Shown in pieces: positions 1 through 12,613 of a stretch of 64,000 nt of DNA. How positions within the stretch are numbered: the first letter of the stretch is position 1; the number at the start of each line of letters is the position of its first letter. The notes below the pieces were generated by a model, which worked only from the letters and a program-made list of their open reading frames with translations, searched no databases and was not told the DNA's origin. Source of the stretch: Laetmonice hystrix (lineage: Eukaryota); NCBI GenBank assembly GCA_965235115.1, contig OZ249436.1, positions 15,874,001 through 15,938,000 on the forward strand, read 5' to 3'. Both the position numbers and the translations under genes were made by a program.

Positions 1-43
1 AAAGGTAGGTTTGTGAAAAAATGCCTTGGTACAGTATCGGTAT

Positions 44-421
44 ACACGGCTGAAGGTTTGTGGGGGAGGTCTATAGAGGTAGGAATAAGACACGGCTGAC
101 GGTTTGTGGGGGAGGTCTATAGAGGTAGGAATAAGACACGGCTGACGGTTTGTGGGGGAGGTCTATAGAGGTAGGAATAAGACACGGCTGACGGTTTGTG
201 GGGGAGGTCTATAGAGGTAGGAATAAGACACGGCTGACGGTTTGTGGGGGAGGTCTATAGAGGTAGGAATAAGACACGGCTGACGGTTTGTGGGGGAGGT
301 CTATAGAGGTAGGAATAAGACACGGCTGACGGTTTGTGGGGGAGGTCTATAGAGGTAGGAATAAGACACGGCTGACGGTTTGTGGGGGAGGTCTATAGAG
401 GTAGGAATAAGACACGGCTGA
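44..421. repeat. 46-bp minisatellite, 8 full copies plus 10 bp
   Basis: Unit ACACGGCTGACGGTTTGTGGGGGAGGTCTATAGAGGTAGGAATAAG starts at 44, 90, 136, 182, 228, 274, 320, 366 and 412 (partial). The only difference seen is one substitution in the first copy. Confidence 0.97.
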
Positions 422-1335
422 GAGCTCTGCGGCTGGCTGCGTCTACCGACATCAGGACATCAGTCCACGAATCAATATACCTTTTTTTATTCTCCTCTGA
501 AGACGAACTTTGCATGTATCATTCACACATGGCATAGGGAGGGCGTGAGAGAATAGGTTCTACATCCGGACCGTGTCCGTTTCCCGTATCAAATCATCAA
601 CTAACCCTTATCAGGTGCACCACTCCACCATGTGCCTGTGGAGACAAGTATTTTGTGATGGATCATTTGTAATTCGGTCCAGATGTGAACCTTCGTCCTG
701 ATCTAGATAAAGTAAATGAGGAAAGGAAAAGACCAATTAGGGTGAAAGAAGATGGCCAAAACCAGGAAGTTGTAATTTGCAGGATATTGCAGTATATATT
801 TACACAACTTTGTACACAGATATTGTGTCTCAATTTTAAGCATTTTCTTCTCATGCTTTTTTTAAGTAACATATTGAAGTTGCATAATGTAACGAACTCC
901 ACACTCTGCACAATTAAAGGTTAGGGTCTATCTATATACCAAAAGCCAAAGCAAAAATGGTAATAATGAAAAAAATATAATCCTGTGCAGAAGTATTCTA
1001 TACTTCGCCTCGTCTTTCCTCAGAATATCGTGAGGTGACATTACTGCATTTATTTCTGTGCAGTTCTATACGTGTCGTCGTCAAGACATCAGGCCACTGA
1101 CTCCCATTCATTCCCTGCATGGTGTATAATATAAAACTGAATGGCAGATATTTAGCATTACAACCCATATTAGGTTGACTCCCAATAGGTCAGTTATAAA
1201 TACTGATAGATTCCGTAGTGAACAACAGTGAATGTGGGACCCTTGGTCAACGGAATCATTATTAAGTTCACTTGCCACCTGTACTATACTGAATGATGCG
1301 CAAACTGATGCCCTGTGTGTATTATGTCTTTGCAG

Positions 1336-4300
1336 AGCGTATAAATACTTGAAGGAATGTGCTGCCACCCGGTTCATCGCTGTTACTGGTTTCTTTATGT
1401 CGGTACCATTCCTACTGCTTGGTAAGTAAGTTCTATGAATTAACAGAAACCTCCTGTTGTCAGTGCAGTGCTTCAAGACAAAGCTCTGCTCACATAATAT
1501 TTATGTTGCCACTACCGTTATAAACTGTTTGGAAAAATGTATGTACCCCGGATTATACTTCCAAGTTATCTTTGACAAAAGATGTCGACAGAGTTAATAG
1601 GTTACTTTGTCTTAGCGTGTTTTTAAAGTATGTCCAGGAGTATTACTTGCGTTGAAAAGAGCAAAAAAGTGAGTGTCTGCCTCCTTGATGTGTGGTCCTC
1701 ATCTTTGATCAAACATTGCCTTGGGTTTCTTTCCGCACCTGAAAATAATCAACCTTTTAGGCGGAAGTCAGAGGTCAAAATGATCGAAAAGCAACTCAGC
1801 CTGAGGTTACTCTTGGTGAATTTGGGAATGGGAGAACCTACATAGTAATATAACTTTTTTACACGGACTGATGCACATAAAAGCGGCATGCACAGCATCG
1901 AGCAGGATATCTAGTGTAAAGGCAGAATGCGCGCTTTTGTAAGACTACGTTAATGTCTGCAGTGAAATAACTGGTTTTTTTTTGTATAAGACAGGCTCGC
2001 CCTTTTTCCCCACAGAGATGCCTTAGTTACGAGACGGCTGAAACCCTACTGTATGTCAGGTCTTAAGAGCTGAATCATGTCGGCTGCCTACCTCGCTAAT
2101 TAAAAAAAACAACGTCCTGCAGGTTTTACTTTAGACTACTTTGCATAATCGTACAAGTGAGTTGAAAAGAATTCGAATAAAACAGTGTACTGAATCTATC
2201 ATAATGATGACACTCAGCATTTTAAAATGTCATTAATCTAAAGACATGCAGGTACACAACCGTCCTCTGCGCCACGACTCTTAAAGAGTTGAGAAAATAG
2301 CTACTTCTCAATCGGCCACTTTCAGACTGTAATTTGTCATGACATCATTGTTGAGAGAATGCTCTCTGAGTGGTACACAATGTCAATGGAGAGTGTGGGA
2401 AAGTCACACACAGGTTGACATGGCTCCACCGAGGTCTCGAGTTTCCACTTTCTCATAGAAAACAAAGTAGGAGTATCAGGTAACAAGGGCATGCTCGGAT
2501 GGTGGTCCTGGGTATTCTGAAAGATAATTAGACAAAGACTATTGTAATTTTTCTGATTACCATAAGCCCCCAAATAGAAATATGGCATTATAGTTGAGTT
2601 ATGAATATAGTGATCTTTCAAAGAATTAGCAGTGATGTGTCGCCATGGACGCAGTTAGTCCAGTTCACCAAGCGTGAAGGTTTCTGTACAGGTATTGGAT
2701 GAAAGTGCAGTGGTGTAGCTTGAAAACGTTGTCAATAATCTGTTAAACATAGATAATATGTGGGTCCAGATTTTGATATTCAAGCGGTGACACAATTCGA
2801 GCAAAGGAGTCAGGGATGACAGGTTTAAGTCAAGTCAAATCGTGTATGAATATGCATTTATGCATAATACCTTAATGACCTTTTCATAAAATATGCTGCT
2901 TATCTTACAAAAACGTAGTCCTAAATGAAGTGGTTACAAGCATTGTACATAATAGCGTCCGATGTTGTAGTCTGAGGAGGGCGAGCTGAGTTTGAGTCCT
3001 TGCTGTGTGATGTCAACTAGAACTGGACTCACTCGTTCCGTACCACTCGGTACATATTCCAGCCGAGGCAGTGGTCATGCCAACTTCACGAGCGGCCAAG
3101 TTTACTGGACTTGAAAGTCGTCATTATCTGGGCTTGTCATAGAATTACAATATCATCCCCTTTTGTTTTCTGGAAGCCTTTTACTCGTGTACCTACGTCT
3201 TGATATTCAGTCCAAAATTTTTGGAAGGTGAAGCAGCACCCTCCTATATGGAATGATGACTTTTCACGAAATAATGGGGTTTCTGCTAACTGCGGGCGCT
3301 GTTTTATATATCAATCATCCCGTGACTATTCAGTCAGTTATCACTGAAGCCTTTAATCACATCACACTCAGTCCTATAATGAACATGCTCAGAGCAATAT
3401 TCTCAGGAGATGAACAAAACCCATGGAAAATTCACTACTGATGAACATAGTCGAACCATGCAGTTGAACTAGTCACCCCGAATTCTCAGTCTGTGACCTT
3501 GTCGCCCTGCCCTCCGCTTTGAAAAGACTGGTTCAGCAGAACGAGGTGAGGTGTAAAAATAACAGGCGGACATGAAGAAAGTAAGACATATAGAAAAACG
3601 TTGTAACGGCAAGTGAACAGGACCAAGCCAGTCAGGCATTGGCCCAATCCGTTACGGAGAAACATGTTTCTGGAGATTAAAATGTTGATTCTGGCTATAT
3701 GGACGACTACAGAAATTGAAAGGATGAGAGTTCCCACTCTCAAGTCAAGTGCCAGTACAGAGTGCCCCTTGCCTGACCCCTTCCTGACAACAGTCTCACA
3801 TAGAGAGGTTCTCGCTGTCGTGCAGTCCCGTGGCTCGGATACTTATGGATGATTAGGTCACAATTGTAAAAGTTCATGAAAGTTTTGTTTAAAGGTAATT
3901 ATCGTGCCATCTGTCAAGTGGTGTCTGTGTGCAGGGGCCGAGAAGTGATAATTGTGCTTCTAAAGGACTGACTTTGCAGGAGGTTGTGATTTCTTGTGAA
4001 CCAAGATAAAAATAGATATAAATCCGACATAAATAGCGATCTGCTACGAGTCCGAAGTTCCTTGATTTTTAGGATATACTGCAATTTTAGTTGACGGTGC
4101 TTTAATCACGTTTTTGCTAAGTGGACTAATTAAGTTGAACGGACGAAAGTCCTTGTGGAAGCAGAGTCTGGGCTATCATGTGCGTTTCCTGATTACTGTA
4201 CGCACATGTATAGTTTGGCTTGGGTAGACTAGGTCACCCACTACGTTATTGGAGCGTGACCGGTATGACTAGAATGTGGAAGATAGTGCCCGTTTAGTCC

Positions 4301-6398
4301 ACAGTCAATATGGAACCACCCCGGCCCCATACAAACGTGCACCACATATCTTCACATATTTCAAAACACAAAGCTGTTGAGAGGATGGGCGGTAAAGCTT
4401 TAGTGACACATGGGGAGAGTGTTTTGCAGTTGATATACCACACAGTTCAGTCCAATTTTTATTACCATAGATTTACACATGGAAATTAGGGCATCTCCTG
4501 TGCGTGCACATGGGGGTAAAGGCTTTTCATTTGCAGCACTTCAGGTCACATGTATTATCCAAAATAATTAATCAGGGGCTCATAAAAAAATGTAAATTAA
4601 AATCAGAATGCCATGGAGTTTGCCATTCCGTTTTCTTAATTATATGAAAGTTTATAGCGGCCTATAAGATCTTTCACTCCTAAGGTTGGAGGGGGTGCGT
4701 CTAAGTCATGGGAAATCGAGATAAGCAGAAGAAAGGTTAGCTTTGATGGTTGGCCTTCCTGTCTCCCACAAAGGTGTTGAGAAGTGTGATCCAACCAGCA
4801 TGATGAATGTCTAAACCTGTGGGCACGTGACCGTGCCTTACGTATGCAGACATGTCATGCCATCCCCGTCCCATTCAGCAGGACAAGCCTGGCATGTTGT
4901 GGCACTAAAGGCCCTGGCATGAGATCCAAGCGGATCTTCAGCGTGTCGTGCCAGGGGGCAGAGTATTTGCAGACACCCATGACAACCTCAGTCCTGGAGG
5001 GGTATTTTTTTCTCAGCGAGCTGTCGTATTTGAGTTAAGGTCTCAAGTTGATCTGGGGACGGGAGGCTTGGCCTGCGGCGGTCAACGTATCATGGCTCAG
5101 GGTAGCCGGTATACACCTATCTATTGATCTCTTATAAAGATTGCTGTGTTGAGGGTCAAGGGTTCAAGGACCCCTTGGATCTGTTTCTCAAGGTTGTTAC
5201 ACTGACATGATATGGAGAATGTTTCGGTTCTAGCCAAGGAAATGCTTTTAATCGTAATAAACGTCTCCGTCCCTATCCAATGCGCTTTATAGCCTGTAGA
5301 AAGATGCACTTATTAATCTACTCAGTTCTTGTTTGTACCTGGCATAGACCCTACAAGATACCGGTAAATGTGGTACGGTTGGGTCAGATTGTGAGGACAT
5401 TATAGCCTACCACCACCCCCACCCACCACCCTCCACCCCCACCCCCACTCCCCAACTGGGGGTCACTCACTCAACCGGTATGCTGAAGTGTGGATGTAGA
5501 ATCATAAGTGTGGCTGTGTGAGGTAGAATTATTAACATATCTTGTGACAAAACAAGCTCGAGCTCATGTACAAATTGGCTTTCGCAAAGGAATGCAGGGC
5601 CACCTAACGGTAGTCCGTGTCAGTATTCAGAACACCCACACTACAACAACTGAGCCACAGCCACACAGTACTCGTGCAGCTAGCAATAAAACATAATCTA
5701 CCTCACAGTAAACGGTACTAATAATGAAGGTAGCACCCCAGGGAATCCAATGTGTTAAATTGCAGCAATTGACTATATACATTACAATGAGCTTAAACAC
5801 GGAGACTGGTGAATTAATGCATTAGGCCTAATGGTTGAGGTTACTTCGTGTTAATGTACACCTACCCTTGCTATAGAGAGCCGAAAACTTTTGTATCTCT
5901 TTTTTTCTATAATATAATAATAATGTGTATTCACCAGTAAAATATTGACCACCTCGACATGAGGAGTTTAGCCCCAACTCCCCAATCCTGATCCTGTTAG
6001 GGCGTATTTTTATTTATGTCAGAGATTTAGGTATCCGCAAAGTAGACCTATAGGTCTCTCATCAGTATGGTCCCATCAGTATACACTGGCCTCCATCGGT
6101 AAGCCCACTCTACAGTATTAAAACACGTTTACCATTGGCTTAGATATAACCGAATTTTCTTGGATTTGCAGCAATTCTCCTATATCTGCTGATGGAGTTT
6201 CGGATGACTTCTGCCATCATCTCGACGGTGATCATGACGTCGGGTATCGCCTTCATCATTGTATCCATCATTCACAGCACCTTCTACTGGAGAAGTGAGA
6301 AGAACCGGGCAGATCGAAACCTGCCAGCTTACGAGGGTCGGAGACTCATCAACGGCATTTCGGCGGCAAGTCAGAGTGAACTGTCCACGCTGGTATGA
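1336..6398 (+). CDS. TMEM221: TMEM221/Jiraiya-like multipass membrane protein, 3' part (last two coding exons; 5' exons not found in window)
   Basis: Exons 1336-1421 (tttgcag / gtaag) and 6172-6398 (tttgcag, TGA) join in frame: AYKYLKECAATRFIAVTGFFMSVPFLLL-A-ILLYLLMEFRMTSAIISTVIMTSGIAFIIVSIIHSTFYWR...SELSTLV*. The two hydrophobic helices and spacing resemble the recalled TMEM221 segment RADWFL..R.VA.G.F...V.L.AL..Y.LL.F, and both proteins end in STLV. Confidence 0.72.
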
Positions 6399-9300
6399 TG
6401 GTGGCCTCCAACAGTTGGGTCTTGATCTCGTAACCAGGACAGACTCGCCATAAATTATGTCACACTGTATTATGAGTATATCTACTGGACCTGAGAAGAC
6501 TGATCAAATGAAAAGTGAAATCATTAGGTCTCGGTTTGCCAGATACTATTGACCTGCACAGGTTATACTGGAGCAGTTTGACCGAGCTACTCGTCGTTAA
6601 GCTGCAGGGGGGCTGACATTCTCATACATTGCCTCATAGAGGTGCCGATATCTTCCAGTTCAGATTAACTTATGGTTGAGGTACTTTGGCTTCGTGATTT
6701 CGGAGCACGATAATGATCCGACAGCAACCCCTGTTTCTTGTATATAATATGTATCCAATGTGGATTGTCACTGCATCGCACAGAATCGACATGCCGGTAT
6801 CCTGTAGAGGAAGCCTGCGCAGTCTCATTACAGATGTGTAGAATATCATAATGTACTACATGTGCCTTTCACCCAGCAGTTCTCTAGAAGTTCATCTCAC
6901 TATTTATAAACTTTGCATATATCCGAAAGGCATGCATGTACCCGTAGATATGATTCCTTTAGTAAGAATCATGGAGGTAGGTATACCAGTAAAAGTTATT
7001 AGCGTCGTGATTTTTCTTGAAAACTGTCGACAAGAAAGTATTTCGTCAGAGTCAGAGGTAGAAAGAGGTCACGTTTCCACGGAATCTTAGCAAAGTACAC
7101 CAACAGAAAATCGCTCCAATATGGATCTATTATTTTGAATGCTACGAAGGTAAATGCACGATTTCAATATGCCACTCATTAAATCTAGTAAACAAGAAAG
7201 CGGAATAGTTTTTACCCTGTATTGGACCTCCTCTAGACAAATAAGATCTACAGATTTTTAGTAAAGGTTCATTATTTGGATAAGGAAAAAGGTAACTTCG
7301 GAGCTGTTGTGACATTGCACACAATGAATGTTTCACATACGTCATGATGCTGACTGAAAAAGAGTTTTTGTGGTTGTGAGTTTTGAGCCGTTGTTCGACG
7401 TCGCCACCTGCGCGTTTCCCTCACGTGTACAGGTGTACATTGTCTTTGCTTTCACGTGTTCTCTCCCTATTCTCGTTGTTCTAGCTCCTGTCCCATTTTG
7501 TACATTATTATGATGCACAGAGGAAAGATCTCTGAACACGCATGTAATATACCTTATGTCACCATAATTATTCAATTTACAAACATAAATCTATTAATAC
7601 AACGTAGCATGTATTTTGTAGATTATAATTACTATTTATGGTATCTTCATAGATTTTGACCACAAGAAAGTATTTTCCACCAGTAGATAGATTATCTATT
7701 GCGTTGACCGTCCAACAAGTGGTGATTCCCTGGGATCCACACATGAAGGCCTGTTGGCAAATAAATCTACCAAGACGTCAGACCATGAAGCGTGGCCGGT
7801 GTCCTATATCCAAGGTCAGGTACAAGATCTTAAATTAGTTTAAATGCACGAGTTTGTCAAGCAGGAAACTTGATCTACCACATTAAAAGCAACTACCCCT
7901 GAAGAAATGTGGAAAATTCCGTGCTTTTGCACGAAGAGAGCATAGGTTAATTTGTCATTAGCATGCAGCATGTGTAAGGAGTTGTCAGAATGACTGGTAC
8001 GTGACGAGCTTCATGTTGTCGTCTCGCCTCCTGTTCCCGGTGTGTCGTTTGGAAGTAATCACATCGAAACATGGTATGTGGCAATCTCTGACTGACTGTC
8101 CCAGCAACTAAACAACTCTCTTTCAAACAAACCAAGTCCGATTTTCGTTAATATGATTACCAGTCTCCCCAGATTGAAAGGAAGAGGCTCCCTTGAGATC
8201 CATGACCGTCACAATGGGATCGCCGCCTGTATATCTTGTTATACAGATGAGGACGGATCGGCGCAAGTTTGGCCCTCGGACTTGGCAAACCTTTTTTTTC
8301 TGAAGAAATGTACATCAATGTAATTTATTTAAATAATGTATAAATATTATGGTGGTATTGTAAATAGTCATGTCTTTATCGATGGTTAAGTATCATGTCA
8401 AACGCCTAGGCGCCTACCTTTCTATGATAGGTTGCCACTCAAAAGTAGGCAAGGGGAGTAACATTGAAATTGAATTGTCATTGAAATTATCAGCAGTTAT
8501 AGCAAAGGGAAACCAGACGTTGAAACAATAAACAGACTTGAATTTTCAAATCAACATTTGACTTGAGACATTATTTCCGCTAATATTGTATTGTTTAACA
8601 TTCATTTTACAATTGCAAAGAAAAGAAATCTGAAATCATGTAGGCCTAGGCCTACCATCCCATATAGGCCTAACTGCACGAAGACTCAGTGCAGTTCTAT
8701 GACCATTCTAAAAGGTCAAAGCGACGTTCACCTGTTCTCGTGGATTACGGACCTTTAACAATTTGGTGTCCATTTCCGATAATTTCACATTTTGGTTTTC
8801 ACTGTAAACTCTGATCAGCTGTATAGGCTAGCATCGGGCTGCTTGAAAACCGGTTTTAGATACGTTATGATATAGCTATAATACGTAGACCTACATTAAT
8901 TGTATTTGTCAAAGGGATTTCATATCTGAAGTTTTACTAACACCCGATGGTTGCCCACAGGTCATGAGTGTACAACCGTGTGGGCATACGTGACAATGGA
9001 AAGGTTACAATAACATGTCGGCTATAGTAGTAGGTTTAGGCCTAGCTCGATTCTGACCGCTGCCGCACCGCCAACAGAACCCCCGCTGATCCACATCAAT
9101 GGAAACCTAACCCTAGTTTTTTTAGCCCCCAACGGGGGACCTTTAGGAAATTCCGAATGGTCATAGAATCTTCGTGCAGTTCCAGGGAATGATAGGCCTA
9201 GGCTACATGACGTCTGTGCGTATGCCCGTAGACAGCGATTTTCATAAGTGTTTGGGTCGTTACTATAAGATGGGGAGGAAGTATATCGTAACGAAGTTTG

Positions 9301-12300
9301 ATTTGACAATATTTTCTTTGACCTTTATTGACATTGAAAGATCTATTGAAGTCATGCATTGTTTCTTCAAGGATCCATAGCTCTTGTTAGGGGCTATATT
9401 GTGTATAGCTTCACAAACTTATAATATAGTGGAGTCATCTTTCTTGTTATAGGCTAGAAGACTGGATAGGCCTACCTCCTACCTGTTCCATGAATGATAC
9501 CCGCTAGACGGCGGCGGGGGGGGGGGGGGTTCCTAGCTCCCGATCTCACAAGTTTATGCGGTGGTGCCCCCTGGTGTTTAAAGAATAATGTTCAATGACA
9601 GCTGCCACCTAGAGGCAAATGCCATCAGTAATTCACTAGTGGCGCCATCTTACGAGTATCACGTATGCTATGTCGACACAGAAACAAGCCTAGGCCTACA
9701 ATATCATTCCCGTTTTAGGGCAGCGGCCTACACTTCACCTTAATATTTCATCGGGTCATTTGGTCATATGAGTGCTGGATCATATTGTTTCAACGAAATA
9801 ACCACCAAAGACCTGATTGTGAAAAGACTGGATGATTTATTGACCAAGTGTGTGGGGAGGGTGACTGGCCAGATAGGGCATATGGTCCAGCCACAGCAAG
9901 AACAAACAAAATGTCGGCTAAGCTCAGAAGGTTTGGGCTATGTGCCGGAAGGTGGCGCTGCTATCGTTAAGGTGCCTTGTCCGAGTTTCGCCAGAGCTGG
10001 GCCAGTCTCGAGGGTCATGTCATACAAACGGAACCGATTCTTTCCAAACAAAGTCAGATACACATGTGTACAGACAAGTGGGGAGGAAATACTGACTGTA
10101 TCTGCCGTCTTACACGTATTCACATTAAAACACACAAACACATTCACTGCGTGAACGGCCACATTCCTGTTCAACCAATGTTCTCAAAATACACAAGACA
10201 CATCAGACCTACAAAAAGCATTCCCAGACGTCGACATTCAACGTTCCACAGGACGTGTTACAAACCGACTGTAGTAACATTTTCTTTACAAAAAAACTTA
10301 TGTATCCTTGTAGACATACAACTTCTTTATATTTTTTAGGCCCACGGGATACTGGTTTTGAGTTTGCTGTATGAATTAGTACATGCATTTCTCTGTGGAC
10401 AAATATATTTTGGTGTCACATCTTGTATGAGCTATTCAAAGGGTAAATGATTAAAATTATTGTTCAGACGATTCGTGGAACATCAGATATTGTACCTCAG
10501 CAAGATATCACTGTAACACGACTATGAGCTTGTTAATTCCATCTGCCTAGCTCACATTATGTGAAACAATATTGCCCAATTAGAGACCTTTCCTTACTTA
10601 AGCTCCATAAAACAAGATTATTTGATCCTAACAGAAGGCTGTAACCTGGTCTAACGCTTGCTTCAATTAAACCAGCTACTCGGACCTATAGCTACCCATG
10701 ATACAGCAATCAAAGACTGTGGTACAATGTGCATCAAACCGTTTTCTCACACATGATTTCCTCCATTCTAACTAACTTCAAAGCACTTCAACAATTAATT
10801 CTGCATAGTTTCTTGAAACATGGAGGACAGTAAAGACCACATCTATTCAAAACCTCATCAACTCATATTTTTTTCTTCTTTCTTTTGTTTCTTCTCCTCG
10901 AAATTATTTGAAACAAAATAAGACCTTACCGTCATTAAATACCGATATTTTAGGCCAATCCCCATGGTCAGTAAATATTGAACTTTAATTGATATAAAAG
11001 CAACGACTTTGATTTATCTTTTTGTCAAAAGGCGAAACTTGGGCTGATTCTGGAGTGAGGGCCGCTCTATATAACAAGATACATAATCTTTTCACATATT
11101 TTCCTGCACCGCATACATATTTACATTGCTTACATTCAAAAACACGTGGGGCCCATGGAAATAAGAACATGAATAAGAAAAAGAAACCAGAACACAAAGA
11201 CACATCAGTCATCTTCTATATATATATAATATTAAGTTAAAATTACTTAGCACAGTCTCTGTCCATGAAATAAATCATAAATGTACCCTGACAAAATGTA
11301 TTCACAGAGGGTTATGACTCGGGGAGGGGGGGGGGGACCCCTGATGTTGTCTGGCAGAAAATATCTTATTTCATCTATTCTGATCTTCCTCTTTGAGACC
11401 AAGTATGTTGATGTGGTCAACAAAGGCAGACTGATGAAATATTACATTGGTGGTCATGCAAGTTCCATCCTGAGATCTTTTTGCTTCTCGACGCCCGAGA
11501 CTTATAGACCCCGGGCACACTTCAGAATTTTTCTCATCTACAGGTCAAAGTGAGGTTGAGAACATGTAGAGACCCTAGGCACATGTAGTATCTGCGAAAT
11601 ATTATATTACGCTTGCCACCAATCTGGCACCTGGTCATAATATATCTATATATTTCTTCTTTTTGGAAACCTCACAAAGCTGCTCAACTCAAAATTTGTC
11701 TAAAAGCTTAAATCGTTTGGACAATTAGATGATGTATAATTATATTATTTACATCAAATCTTGTATGCTTGGCTGCTAGCCACGGTGTGCTCACCTAATT
11801 CTCATAGCTGACATATCTTCAGGATGAAATAGATTAAACTGAGTGGAATAACAAGACTGCAGAGACTGTTGTGGGTCTGATGTACTATCCATACAAGTTG
11901 TTGCAATAGTAATAGTTGTATGATGATGAATAATAACAATGGCTGGGTGTAGCCTGTGCTCAGCGGGAAAATGGACAAAGGGTGGGAGGTGACTAGCACC
12001 CTGTTTATACTGGTGGGTGCAGTGATAATGATGGTGCTAAGCACAGGCAACACCCACAGTCTTGACAATGGCCGTTGTTTCAATATAAGTTCACATCCAC
12101 TGGTGTGCTCCTTTTTGTGTGTCAGTGTATTTAGGTTTGCTCTGCCACAAACGTACATGTATCCTTTTCCAAACGGTATAATCCACCCAGGAGCCCGTAG
12201 TACATTGTGTCCTGGTGTACAAAAACGGACAATTTACGACGTCATGGCTTGTCAGAACATCTCTTGCAGTGCTTCTCAAATTCTTCCCCTGACTTGTCCA

Positions 12301-12613
12301 AAGGGCCAGTACCAGACAGGTCTGTGGGGTGAAGGTTTGATAAGAAGAGCACTGCTATGCCTTCAAGGCTGTATCCTTGCATGCTATCACGAACGCACTA
12401 TGATCTGCACCCTGGCTTTGTCAAGGTCAATGTCCCATCACATGCTGTGTTAACTACCCAGTGCCCAAGTCTTGGAACAACCATCAATAAGTGTGGTGAA
12501 TTCCGCTGTAGATGTAATCGCCAGGTTTTGTGAATAGATGGTATGTTAAGGGCAGGGCAGTGGTCAGAAGTCACAAAAAGGTAGAGGGAGTGGGGGGCTA
12601 ACTGGGTCAGTCA

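Noticed and set aside
44..421. Regular repeat array as a CRISPR locus
   Set aside because: Units are contiguous and identical with no unique spacers, there are no cas genes, and the context is eukaryotic.
6041..6070. Hammerhead-like CTGATGA plus stem (AGACCTATAGGTCT) on the minus strand
   Set aside because: The required GAAA after stem II is missing (ACTTT instead) and no stem I or III could be formed.
11956..12453. 165-aa plus-strand ORF, the longest in the track
   Set aside because: GTG start, no recognisable domain, and it lies antisense to the probable UBE2R2 3'UTR.
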